64,000 bases of DNA from an uncultured Veillonellaceae bacterium (lineage in GTDB: Bacteria; Bacillota; Negativicutes; JARBTT01). Below, one piece after another: positions 1-9,794 of this stretch (within the stretch, counting starts at the first letter, position 1; each line of letters opens with the position of its first letter). The notes under the pieces are model-generated. The model was not told where the DNA came from. It worked only from the letters and a program-made list of their open reading frames with translations, and ran no database searches. The DNA lies in NCBI GenBank assembly GCA_963805085.1, contig CAWDTA010000002.1:1312001-1376000 (forward strand). The letters are read 5' to 3'. Position numbers and translations under genes: made by a program.

Positions 1-1288
1 AGAAATTGAGTATATGGCGTATCACGACTCACTGACCCAATTGCCAAACCGCTATTTTTTTCAAGAACATCTGCGGCAAGCACTCGCCGCAAATGAGCGA
101 CTGGCAGTAATGCTTCTGGATTTAGACGATTTCAAATTGATCAATGATACTTTAGGACATGCATCTGGAGATGAACTTCTGCAGGAAATCAGCAGACGAC
201 TGTTATCCATTCTACAAACGGAAGATATTGTATCACGCTTGGGCGGAGATGAGTTTATTGTCCTGATTACAAATCCTCAAAGCTTGGAGAAACTTGACGA
301 CCTCGCCCAAGAACTAAGTCGGGTCATCTATGAACCTTGGTATTACAATGAAGTGGCTTATCAAGTATCGTGTAAAATTGGCGTTGCTCAATTTCCAACC
401 GACAGCTGCGATGCCGATACGCTAATTAAACAGGCAGATATGGCAATGTATCAAGCCAAAGAACAAGACATGGGGAATCACTTATTTTACCAGTCTTCTA
501 TGGAAGTAAAGGTAGCCGAGCGAATGGAAATTGAACGTGAGTTGCAGCTCGCCATAGCTCGCGAGGAATTCGTCCTTCATTACCAGCCACAGGTTGACTA
601 TACTGGTAAAATACTAGGAGTGGAGGCCCTTGTTCGTTGGCAGCATCCGACAAAGGGGCTTATTCCCCCAATGAAATTTATTCCCATCGCCGAAGAAAGT
701 GGCTTGATCCTTCCTATGGGTGAATGGATTTTGAAAACCGCCTGCAGGCAAGTCGACGAATGGAAAAAAGCGGGGCTTTCTCCCATCGCTATGTCGATAA
801 ATCTCTCTGCTCGGCAATTCCTCCAGCAAGATATACTAGACAAAATTTTAAAAATTATCAATGAATCCAGAGTAAATCCTCAGCAGATCGTACTTGAGAT
901 CACTGAAACAGCTGCAATGAAAAATGCTGAAAAAACTGTGCAAATTCTGCAGAAATTAAAATCACTAGGCATTAGAATTTCTCTCGACGATTTTGGAACA
1001 GGGTATTCTTCACTGCTTTATTTAAAAAGATTCCCGGTAGATTCAATCAAGATTGATCGTTCATTTATCGTCGATTTCAGCACTGATTTAGAGGGGGCCA
1101 GTATCACAAAAACCATAGTGTCTTTGGCCAAAAATCTAAAATGCAAAGTTGTCGCCGAAGGTGTTGAAACAATTGAACAATTGAATTTTTTAAAGGAGCT
1201 AGAATGCGAAGTAATGCAAGGGTACTTGTTCAGCAAACCGTTGCCGGCGCAAGAAATAACTGCACTGTTAGAGGAAACTATGAAATAA
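1..1288 (+). CDS. GGDEF-EAL c-di-GMP cyclase/phosphodiesterase (5' end lies before the window)
   Basis: AYHDSLTQLPNR, RLGGDEF, EALVRW and DDFGTGYSSL motifs; the frame is open back to the window start. Confidence 0.95.
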   Translation, partial: EIEYMAYHDSLTQLPNRYFFQEHLRQALAANERLAVMLLDLDDFKLINDTLGHASGDELLQEISRRLLSILQTEDIVSRLGGDEFIVLITNPQSLEKLDDLAQELSRVIYEPWYYNEVAYQVSCKIGVAQFPTDSCDADTLIKQADMAMYQAKEQDMGNHLFYQSSMEVKVAERMEIERELQLAIAREEFVLHYQPQVDYTGKILGVEALVRWQHPTKGLIPPMKFIPIAEESGLILPMGEWILKTACRQVDEWKKAGLSPIAMSINLSARQFLQQDILDKILKIINESRVNPQQIVLEITETAAMKNAEKTVQILQKLKSLGIRISLDDFGTGYSSLLYLKRFPVDSIKIDRSFIVDFSTDLEGASITKTIVSLAKNLKCKVVAEGVETIEQLNFLKELECEVMQGYLFSKPLPAQEITALLEETMK

Positions 1289-1403
1289 TAGTTTCCTCTA
1301 ACAGTGATAAACCTGCTAAGTAAAACGCACCAAAGAAAAAAACCACCTACTATGCAGGTGATTGATAAAAGTTAGTGGTGACCATGATATGCGGATGAAT
1401 TTT

Positions 1404-1643
1404 CTAAAAACCACGAATGTTCGAGAATCCTAGACGTTCTTTCTCAATATCAATTTTAATTATATCATCAATGTATATAAATTCTACCCGTCCTGTATCA
1501 TCTTCGCGCAGCTTATAAAGGCTCTTTTTCCCAAAGTAATCAAAAACCATACACTCGTTACCATTAGAGTCAATTAACGTACATTTAATATACTTAACCT
1601 CTGCTAATTCAATTGTACTATTAGAAGTATAGACAGTTATCAT
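1404..1643 (-). CDS. small hypothetical protein (~79 aa)
   Basis: GAAAGGGGG RBS upstream of ATG at 1643 (MITVYTSN...); hairpin downstream at ~1343-1362. Confidence 0.6.
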   Translation of the reverse strand: MITVYTSNSTIELAEVKYIKCTLIDSNGNECMVFDYFGKKSLYKLREDDTGRVEFIYIDDIIKIDIEKERLGFSNIRGF

Positions 1644-1703
1644 ACAGTTACTCGTATTCCCCCTTTCCAATAGAAAACTCTTCTATTATAACAACAATAG
1701 AAT

Positions 1704-1892
1704 TTATCTCTCTGTTTCTTCACTACCAAGTATCTCGAATATGCTAGATTGCACAACAGTAATTGCGGTACGATAGGAGTTGGCTGCTCCTGCAAAATAT
1801 ACATCACCGCGAACAGCTTCCATTTCCTTTGCCATCACCTGTAACCATTCAATGAGCTGTTGAGCATCGATCACTCGGGTTGCCTTTGTCAT
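1704..1892 (-). CDS. small hypothetical protein (~62 aa)
   Basis: GAAAGGGG RBS before ATG at 1892 (MTKATRVIDAQQLIEWL...). Confidence 0.6.
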   Translation of the reverse strand: MTKATRVIDAQQLIEWLQVMAKEMEAVRGDVYFAGAANSYRTAITVVQSSIFEILGSEETER

Positions 1893-2098
1893 AGTTATGT
1901 CCCCTTTCACCCTAATAATCGGGTCAATAACTATAAATTATTGAAATTCATAAACCGATTATTAATTGAAGAATTTTATTTCTACTATATTTTACACTTT
2001 TCCCCATTTGGAATAAACCGGAAGAAACAGTTATTTTTACCTAAAAAAACGTAAAATTACAGCAGTCTGCGTGACCAAATAGTCAACAGACTGCTATT

Positions 2099-3184
2099 TT
2101 ATATATTCATTTTTCTGAATTCAATCGGTGTATGCCCTGTGTAACCTTTAAATAGGCGACAAAAGTAATCCGAGCTGCTATAACCAAGCTTTTCACTTAT
2201 TTCATAGTTCTTATATTCACTTGTTACTAGCAGATATTTCGCATGTTCCATTTTTACTTTAGTGACATAATCATTATAATTATATCCTGTTTTCTGCTTA
2301 AACAACTTGCCAATATAATCTTTGCTTATCAGTACTTCTCTAGAAATATCATCCAATTTTATGGTTTCTTCTACATGCTCCATTATATAGAAGCAGGTTT
2401 TTCCAACCATGCTGTCAGGACGATGCAGTTCGTATTTTCTTATAATTTCCAGCATAGTATTTATACAGCTCAAAAACTTTGCCTCAAGATCATCAATGGA
2501 TTCTACATCAGTCAAAGTCTCGTTAAAGACTATTTCCTCAAGGGTTACCAACCAGGGGAAATTTTTATTAAATTCCTCTCTGAATTTCAAGAGCATTTTT
2601 CCTAGCAGTATACCTGTCTTAACGAGGTCTTGATTTGTCAAATTAAATAGTTCTAAACAAGTGCTTGATGCTTCATCAATAGCCTTATAGTCACCGACCA
2701 TCATTAAATCAATAAGTTTTCTTTCCTGATCCGTCGGGTAGAAGAATCTAAGGTTATCTTCAAATAGCATTTGCTTTTCTTCGTCTCGTCTTTCTTGCAG
2801 GTATTTTTTTTCATCCAAATGCATTTTTACCCGTGTTAATGCTTTACTAAGCACATTATCGTCTATTGGTTTCATTATGTAGTCAAATATTCCAATTCGT
2901 ATGCCTTGTTGGGCATATTCAAAATCATTATATGTACTCATGATCATTAAACAAATATCTAAGTTTCTAGCTTTAAGCTTACTTAAAAATTTGAGTCCGT
3001 TCATACCAGGCATTCTGATATCGGTAATCGCTAAGTCAAAATCTTTTTCGGTTAGTTTTTCTAACGCGCCTATGCCGTCGTGCGCTTCAGCTTCAATAGT
3101 AAATCCACACGATTCCCAATCTTCAAATTGTCTAAGCCCAAATAGAGTGGACTCATCATCATCAACAAGTAATACTTTATACAA
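2099..3184 (-). CDS. YesN-type response regulator (REC + AraC HTH)
   Basis: VLLVDDD, DIRMPGMNG, DYIMKP; C-terminal LGYSSSDYFCRLFK...TPIEFRK. Confidence 0.92.
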   Translation of the reverse strand: MYKVLLVDDDESTLFGLRQFEDWESCGFTIEAEAHDGIGALEKLTEKDFDLAITDIRMPGMNGLKFLSKLKARNLDICLMIMSTYNDFEYAQQGIRIGIFDYIMKPIDDNVLSKALTRVKMHLDEKKYLQERRDEEKQMLFEDNLRFFYPTDQERKLIDLMMVGDYKAIDEASSTCLELFNLTNQDLVKTGILLGKMLLKFREEFNKNFPWLVTLEEIVFNETLTDVESIDDLEAKFLSCINTMLEIIRKYELHRPDSMVGKTCFYIMEHVEETIKLDDISREVLISKDYIGKLFKQKTGYNYNDYVTKVKMEHAKYLLVTSEYKNYEISEKLGYSSSDYFCRLFKGYTGHTPIEFRKMNI

Positions 3185-3405
3185 AGAATATCCCTCCAGT
3201 CCAACATACTGGTTTAATTATAGCAAATTCTTACAATAATTTGCTATAATTAAAAAAAATATATTGAAATACACCTACGGTATTAAATGATTTCTTACAA
3301 ATTCATTTAATACCAATACTACCTTAAACTAGCACAAGGACGTTAATGTCTCTATAGATAGTATCTAAAAAGGGTAATTGATTGACTGAAAAGGATTATT
3401 TTTAC

Positions 3406-3442
3406 AAAGATAGATAAAGCCTACCAACTTTATCTATCTTTC
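3406..3442. terminator. intrinsic terminator-like hairpin
   Basis: aaagatagataaag-N8-ctttatctatcttt inverted repeat with T-rich flanks. Confidence 0.7.
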
Positions 3443-3499
3443 TTTTTGCCCAAAAAGCAACTAACAAACATTTAATCTAATTCTAGGCTAAATTTTTCA

Positions 3500-3602
3500 C
3501 ATAGTTAGCGCTTCTCCTCGGCGAACTAGATCTCACGACGCTCAATGTGTTCGCTTGGTGGCACAGTGACCTTCTATAGCTGGTTTGTCTCCTGTCTTAT
3601 AT
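3500..3602. other. unidentified GC-rich structured intergenic element (candidate ncRNA)
   Basis: GC-rich patch in an AT-rich spacer; GCGAAC/GTTCGC stem; no ORF; family not recognised. Confidence 0.35.
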
Positions 3603-3691
3603 CTAATAACTTTACAAGTCCCTATCGTTACGTCGATATTAGATAGGAATAAAAAGATTCTTGTCTTTTTATATCAAAAGGAGGCGTTTTT

Positions 3692-4816
3692 ATGAAAAAC
3701 ATTAACCAAGCAACATCTGTATCCACAAAAGAAGAACCTATAAGAATAGGTGTCGCAACAACACCCGAGGAAAAAAGGGAAGTCTATCGATTTCGCTACA
3801 GCATTTACGCCGAAGAAATCGCTTATGAGCTTCCGTACGCAGACCATGAAAACAAACTTTTATATGAAGAGTTAGATGGTTGGGCTATACTGCTCACGGC
3901 TCATGTCGGGTCGATACTTGTTGGGACAACTAGAGTAAATATTGGAAAAATATCAGATTTCCCCCCCGATATAGTACAGGTCTATTGCATGAAAAAATTT
4001 AGAAAGTTTTATAATGAAGAGGACAATCCTTATTTTACAGTAATTTCAAGGGGAATGGTATCTCCACAATATCGTAGTTCAGCGATAGCGTACTTATTTA
4101 TGGTAAAAATGTATGAGTTATGTTGTGATTATCAAGTACAGTTTTCCTTTTTAGAATGCAATTTTCATTTGATCCAGTTTTATGAGCGCACTGGACAGAT
4201 TCGTATTGATAAAAATACTCTAGATTCTAATGACGGAAGTCCATTAGCCAGTTTGGTTATGCTAATAGACGATGTCGATCATTTGAGAACAGTGGGATCG
4301 CCCTTATTCCGTACTGCGCGCAAAAAAATTGCATTAAATAGGAAAGCAGTTGATTGGTTTTATTCAGAATTTTCTCATGAAATTAAAACAACTATTAATA
4401 GTCGGCTTGTTACCGAAGAAAAACTATGGACTATTATTCATCAATATCTTGGAAACCTGCCTAATTACAGTATATCCATACTGAATGGGTTGTCTGTTTT
4501 AGAAGCAAAGCTCTTTTTGCATTCCTGTGGCAGTATTGTTCATTGTTACGCTGGTGAATATATTGCATCGTGTGGCACTATAAGTCAAGAACTAATTATC
4601 TTATTATCAGGAACAGCATACGCTTCGCAAAAAGGCACTATCAAGCCAGGACAATACTGTGGCGATAATGGGTTGGCATACATAACAAAACATGCTTCAA
4701 CTGTTATAGCTTTAGGCGACTTAGATATTTTAGTCTTATCTAATTACAATTTTAGCAATTTCAGGAAACGCAATTCTGCTATTTCACACAAGATACTTAG
4801 TAATTTACAGAAATAA
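3692..4816 (+). CDS. GNAT-fold N-acyl amino acid synthase (FeeM/LuxI-like) fused to C-terminal cNMP-binding-like domain
   Basis: A-T-T-x-EE...YRFRYSIYAEE, EELD, VGTTR, SR.MV.PQYR, FYER; C-terminal GEYI...G...IILLSG...PGQYCG..GL; paralog at 50404. Confidence 0.75.
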   Translation: MKNINQATSVSTKEEPIRIGVATTPEEKREVYRFRYSIYAEEIAYELPYADHENKLLYEELDGWAILLTAHVGSILVGTTRVNIGKISDFPPDIVQVYCMKKFRKFYNEEDNPYFTVISRGMVSPQYRSSAIAYLFMVKMYELCCDYQVQFSFLECNFHLIQFYERTGQIRIDKNTLDSNDGSPLASLVMLIDDVDHLRTVGSPLFRTARKKIALNRKAVDWFYSEFSHEIKTTINSRLVTEEKLWTIIHQYLGNLPNYSISILNGLSVLEAKLFLHSCGSIVHCYAGEYIASCGTISQELIILLSGTAYASQKGTIKPGQYCGDNGLAYITKHASTVIALGDLDILVLSNYNFSNFRKRNSAISHKILSNLQK

Positions 4817-4822
4817 AAATTG

Positions 4823-4979
4823 AGGCTCAATGCTAAAAGTGTGCTTGACAGTGCTTGTCATTCTGAGAAGATGTTAGCCGACGTGGCAATCTCTATTTGT
4901 TGTCTACTGACCTGCTACTTGAGATTACCGGGTTTTGCTCAGAGTGACAGAAATTCAAGTACACTTTTTGGTAAGAGCC
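4823..4979. repeat. long palindromic REP/MITE-like element
   Basis: nested inverted repeats: aaaagtgtgcttga/tcaagtacactttt, tgtcattctgag/ctcagagtgaca, ggcaatctc/gagattacc. Confidence 0.6.
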
Positions 4980-5113
4980 AAGATTAAATTCTATTATTTT
5001 TCAAAAATTTTAAACTAATTATGCGGGAATAGATAATTTGTTGAAGCTTATGTAAAATTTTGTTATAATTTATAAATATGTAAGTATGTTACTTTCCACA
5101 AGGAGATATTAAT

Positions 5114-6469
5114 ATGAGCTATTTTGAAATGTCTAATATTGCAGTAGTCGCAGCAACTATTTTTACAGCGCCTATGTACGTTTATTTATATATCATTTAT
5201 CGCGAACGTTTTATGGGGATATGGATGATATGTTGGCTGTTACTTTTTATCAGATTCTTTCTCTTTGACTATGGAGTAATAAATTGGGAGAATTCAGCTA
5301 TTGGATCATTCTATTACCAAGCGTTTTATATAGTCCCTGCCTATCTTCTTATTTATGGTATACATAATTTTATCAATCAGCCAATCAAAAAACACTGGCT
5401 ATACGGCTTTGTCATTATAATGACTTTGAGTATTGTGTTTACAGTATATCAAATTCCATTAGTATATCAACTGATTCCTTCTACTTCGTTTGGTTCTGCC
5501 ACACTTATCTATACTGGGTATATTTTATTAAATATTAAAACACGATGTTTGGGGAAATATGTTACCGGATGTTCTTTAATTCTATGGGGTATCCTCACTT
5601 TAACAATTTTTTGTTTATATACATATATTCAGGATACGGTGCTCTATTCAATATTCATTTGCATCTGTGGAATATTACGTCTATTTATTACATGCGGTAT
5701 TCTATTAGTATACTTTGAAAAAACAAGAGCAGATTTGATTAGTAATCAAGAAACTCTCCAACAAGTTAATCTTGAACTTCAGCAGGCTAATCAAGAACTC
5801 AACCATTTCTGTCATTGTGTAGCGCATGATTTTAAAGCGCCATTGCAGTCAATCAATAAACTTTCTAAATATTTTATGCGTGATTATGCTGATAAGGTTG
5901 ACAGTAATGGAAAAGAGTTAATTACACACATTCAAAACAAGTCAGCGGAAGTTGTTAATATTACGGATCATTTGCTGGAACTCTCTAGAATGTCTCAAAA
6001 ACAGATAGCAATGAAAGATATTAAATTGGAGATTTTATTTCGTGAGGTATATGATGAACTAATAGAACTCCAGCCAGAAAGACAAGTCGTTTTTAAGATA
6101 AAACAGCTCCCTATGATTCATGGCGACCCCATTATGATAAAAATACTGGTGGCCAATATCCTTTCTAATGCGCTTAAATATACCCGCAATTGCAAGCAGG
6201 CGATCATTGAAGTCACTTCGGTGGAGAATGAAAACGATTATATTATTTCAGTTAAGGATAATGGTGCAGGCTTTGATATGAGTGAGTCTTCTCGGCTTTT
6301 TAAAATTTTCGAGAGACTTCATTCTGTTGATCAGTTTGAAGGAACAGGTGTCGGGCTTGTGGTATGTCAGAAGATTTTGAAACGGCATAATGGAAGTGCG
6401 TGGCTTACTGGCAAGGTAAATGAAGGGGCAATTTTCTCCTTTAGTTTTCCGAAGAATTTATTGCTTTAA
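5114..6469 (+). CDS. membrane sensor histidine kinase (multi-TM sensor + phytochrome-type HisKA/HATPase)
   Basis: hydrophobic N-terminal ~200 aa; AHDFKAPL H-box, NILSNALKY, DNGAGF, FERLH, GTGVGL. Confidence 0.93.
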   Translation: MSYFEMSNIAVVAATIFTAPMYVYLYIIYRERFMGIWMICWLLLFIRFFLFDYGVINWENSAIGSFYYQAFYIVPAYLLIYGIHNFINQPIKKHWLYGFVIIMTLSIVFTVYQIPLVYQLIPSTSFGSATLIYTGYILLNIKTRCLGKYVTGCSLILWGILTLTIFCLYTYIQDTVLYSIFICICGILRLFITCGILLVYFEKTRADLISNQETLQQVNLELQQANQELNHFCHCVAHDFKAPLQSINKLSKYFMRDYADKVDSNGKELITHIQNKSAEVVNITDHLLELSRMSQKQIAMKDIKLEILFREVYDELIELQPERQVVFKIKQLPMIHGDPIMIKILVANILSNALKYTRNCKQAIIEVTSVENENDYIISVKDNGAGFDMSESSRLFKIFERLHSVDQFEGTGVGLVVCQKILKRHNGSAWLTGKVNEGAIFSFSFPKNLLL

Positions 6470-6635
6470 CAATTTCAGAAAAAACCATCCTGATATGCTG
6501 ATAATAAATAACTTACGATAATACTATAGTTATTATATATAGAAAAATTGTTATGATGTATTTTGCTACTGTAAAGAATTATTTCTCTTTTTTACAATTA
6601 CAGTTTTGATATTAATGAAGGAGATACAAATAATT

Positions 6636-7967
6636 ATGGAATACTTGCAAATGTCGCAAATTGGTACTATAATTACGACTCTTGTAATAATGTTTATATA
6701 TTTATATCTATGCTTTGTTTATTGTGAGCGCAATATGGGGTGGTGGATTGTAGCATGGCTACTCTTTATTGTCCGACTTATCTTTTTTGATACGGACTTT
6801 ATTACCTGGAATAATTCAGTATTAGGATTTATCGTTTATCAACTGCTTTATATTGTTCCGTCGTTTCTGACCATGTACGCTTTTCATCTCTTTACAAATA
6901 AAGAACTAAAGAATTACTGGTTATATGGTATTGCAATCGCTGTTATTTTTGGTATAGTAGTTATTTTGACGAAGTTACCACATGATTACAAATTAGCTCC
7001 GCCTTTATGGTGTTCTGGCATTATACTCATATATACAGGTAAAATGCTGTTAGATATAAAGACGCAAGGTATAGGCAAATATATTACTGGAGTTGCATTT
7101 ATTCTTTGGGGTGCTCTGACCGTGCTATATCCGTTTTTTCATTATGATAAAATTGCTTTGCTAGCTGGACCGATAAGTGGTGTATTACGACTCATCATTA
7201 TGTCTGGTATACTAATGGTCTCTTTTGAAAAAACCAGAGCAGATTTGATTACGAAAGAAGAACATTTTGAAAGCCTACAGCAAGCTAACCAGGAACTCAA
7301 CTATTTTTGCCATTCTGTAGCGCATGATTTTAAAGCACCATTACAGTCAATCAATAAACTTTCTAAATATTTTATGCGTGATTATGCCGACAAGGTTGAC
7401 AGTAATGGACAAGAGTTAATTACACATATTCAAAACAAATCAGCGGAAGTCGTTGGTATTACCGATCATTTGCTGGAACTCTCTAGAATGTCTCAAAAAC
7501 AGATAGCAATGGAAGATATTAAATTGGAGATTTTATTTCGTGAGGTATATGATGAACTAATAGACCTCCAGCCAGAAAGACAAGTGCTTTTTAAGATAAA
7601 GCAACTCCCAATGATTCATGGCGACCCCATCATGATAAAAATACTGGTGGCCAATATCCTTTCCAATGCGCTTAAATATTCCCGCAATTGCAAGCAAGCG
7701 ATCATTGAAGTGACCTCTGTGGAGAATGAAAACGATTATATTATTTCAGTTAAGGATAATGGTGCAGGTTTTGATATGAGTGAATCTTCTAGGCTTTTTA
7801 AAATTTTCGAGAGACTTCATTCTGTTGATCAGTTTGAAGGAACAGGTGTCGGTCTTGTGGTATGTCAGAAGATTTTAAAACGGCATAATGGAAGTGCGTG
7901 GCTTACTGGCAAGGTAAATGAAGGGGCAAATTTCTCCTTTAGCTTTCCGAAGAACGTAATGCCTTAA
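6636..7967 (+). CDS. membrane sensor histidine kinase, tandem paralog of 5114
   Basis: same motifs; kinase core nearly identical to 5114; ATG at 6636 after AAGGAG. Confidence 0.93.
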   Translation: MEYLQMSQIGTIITTLVIMFIYLYLCFVYCERNMGWWIVAWLLFIVRLIFFDTDFITWNNSVLGFIVYQLLYIVPSFLTMYAFHLFTNKELKNYWLYGIAIAVIFGIVVILTKLPHDYKLAPPLWCSGIILIYTGKMLLDIKTQGIGKYITGVAFILWGALTVLYPFFHYDKIALLAGPISGVLRLIIMSGILMVSFEKTRADLITKEEHFESLQQANQELNYFCHSVAHDFKAPLQSINKLSKYFMRDYADKVDSNGQELITHIQNKSAEVVGITDHLLELSRMSQKQIAMEDIKLEILFREVYDELIDLQPERQVLFKIKQLPMIHGDPIMIKILVANILSNALKYSRNCKQAIIEVTSVENENDYIISVKDNGAGFDMSESSRLFKIFERLHSVDQFEGTGVGLVVCQKILKRHNGSAWLTGKVNEGANFSFSFPKNVMP

Positions 7968-8273
7968 TGTCAGACATAGAACAGTCATGTAAAGCGGTTG
8001 TAGGGACAAGAAAGTAATATAGAATTTCTATAGGGGCAGTATCCGTATAATACTTGATATTTATAACTCTGTTCACCATCTATCGATGATTTCGTGACTT
8101 TGGAATTTTTCCAAAGTCTTTTTTTTCTGAAAATTTATTACTGATCATAATTAATTTGATTGCAAAAATTTGTAAAAGTGATAAAATGAATTTATATAGA
8201 AATAGATAATTGAAGTTTATTAATAATAATTATAAATAAGTTTTCGTTTATAGAAAAAGGAGTGAGCTGGTAT

Positions 8274-9788
8274 ATGAATAAAAATATTAATCAGGAACCA
8301 GTAGTTATTGTTTTATTTGGTGCTTCTGGTGATTTATCAGCACGAAAAGTGATTCCAGCTTTATATAATTTACATATAGGTGGATTTTTACCGGAGCAGT
8401 ATTCCATTGTTGGGGTGGCACGTAGTGAGCTGAGCGATGTATTATTGCGCCAGCACTTGCATGATGGAGTGAATAAATTTTCGAGAAGAGGCATAGCGGG
8501 CGAGCAGGAGTGGGATTCTTTTGCTGAGCATGTCCATTATATTCAAGCGGATTATGATGATCGGGAACTTTATGAGCGTTTGATTAACCTAGGGGATCCT
8601 TCTTGGGAAAAGCCGCCAAATATTATTTTTTATTTGGCGACACCACCGAATTTATTTACAGTAGTAATTGAGCAGTTGGGGAAAATACCTGCGCTGCGTG
8701 GCGATATGCGGTATCGGATGGTAATCGAAAAACCTTTTGGTCATGATCTGGAATCGGCACGCGCTTTAAATCAAAATTTACTGCAGGTCTTTGAAGAACA
8801 GCAAATTTATCGTATTGACCATTATCTGGGTAAAGAAACCGTACAAAATATATTAGCATTTCGTTTTGGAAATGCGATTTGGGAACCGATTTGGAATCGT
8901 AACTTTATTGACCATGTGCAAATTACGGTTGCTGAGAAAATTGGGATCGGTCAGCGTGGTCGTTACTATGATTCGGCAGGGGCACTTAGAGATATGATTC
9001 AGAATCATCTGATGCAGCTCTTATGCCTGATAGCGATGGAAGCGCCGTCGGCGTTTACTGCTGATGAAATTCGCAATAAAAAAGTCGATGTGATGAATGC
9101 GATACGCTTAATTACTAAAGCGGAAGTTCCCGCTTATGCGGTGCGTGGACAATATGGACAAGGCTCAGTCGTTGGTAAGCAGGTGCAGGGCTATCGTGAG
9201 GAAAAAGATGTGGGGAAAGCGTCAAATACAGAAACCTTTGCGGCTTTAAAACTATTCGTTGACAATTGGCGTTGGCAAGGCGTTCCGTTTTACTTACGTA
9301 CTGGCAAGTGTATGCCAGGGCGTGTTTCGGAAATTTCGCTGCAATTTCGTCCAGTGCCACATCATCCATTTTCACATTTAAATACACAAGTGTTTCAGCC
9401 TAATCGTTTAGTGATTCAAATTGAACCAAATGAAGGCGTAGTACTTCGGACGCAGGCAAAAGAGCCTGGACTAGGCATGCAGTTAAAACCGGTGGATATG
9501 ATGTATTGTTATCAAGACGTGTTTCATCAACCGTCACCAGATGCGTATGAAACATTGTTGGTCGATATTATGAGAAATGATCCGAGTTTGTTTATGCGAG
9601 CAGATCAGGTGGAAGCGGCTTGGACCGTGATTCAACCGATTCTTGATGTTTGGAGTGAAACGAAAGAGTTGAACTTCCCGAACTATCAAGCTGGGCAATG
9701 GGGACCGTCAGAAGCGGAAAATTTAGTAGCACGTGATCGGAAAACTTGGCTTTTACCAATTTCTTTTGAACCAAAACGAGGGAGTTGA
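8274..9788 (+). CDS. zwf: glucose-6-phosphate 1-dehydrogenase
   Basis: GASGDL, EKPFG, YRIDHYLGKE. Confidence 0.98.
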   Translation: MNKNINQEPVVIVLFGASGDLSARKVIPALYNLHIGGFLPEQYSIVGVARSELSDVLLRQHLHDGVNKFSRRGIAGEQEWDSFAEHVHYIQADYDDRELYERLINLGDPSWEKPPNIIFYLATPPNLFTVVIEQLGKIPALRGDMRYRMVIEKPFGHDLESARALNQNLLQVFEEQQIYRIDHYLGKETVQNILAFRFGNAIWEPIWNRNFIDHVQITVAEKIGIGQRGRYYDSAGALRDMIQNHLMQLLCLIAMEAPSAFTADEIRNKKVDVMNAIRLITKAEVPAYAVRGQYGQGSVVGKQVQGYREEKDVGKASNTETFAALKLFVDNWRWQGVPFYLRTGKCMPGRVSEISLQFRPVPHHPFSHLNTQVFQPNRLVIQIEPNEGVVLRTQAKEPGLGMQLKPVDMMYCYQDVFHQPSPDAYETLLVDIMRNDPSLFMRADQVEAAWTVIQPILDVWSETKELNFPNYQAGQWGPSEAENLVARDRKTWLLPISFEPKRGS

Positions 9789-9794
9789 AATAGA

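Noticed and set aside
3515-3545. Resemblance of minus-strand GCGTCGTGAGATCTAGTTCG to a 23S rRNA segment
   Set aside because: The match is too short and gapped, and the flanks are not rRNA-like
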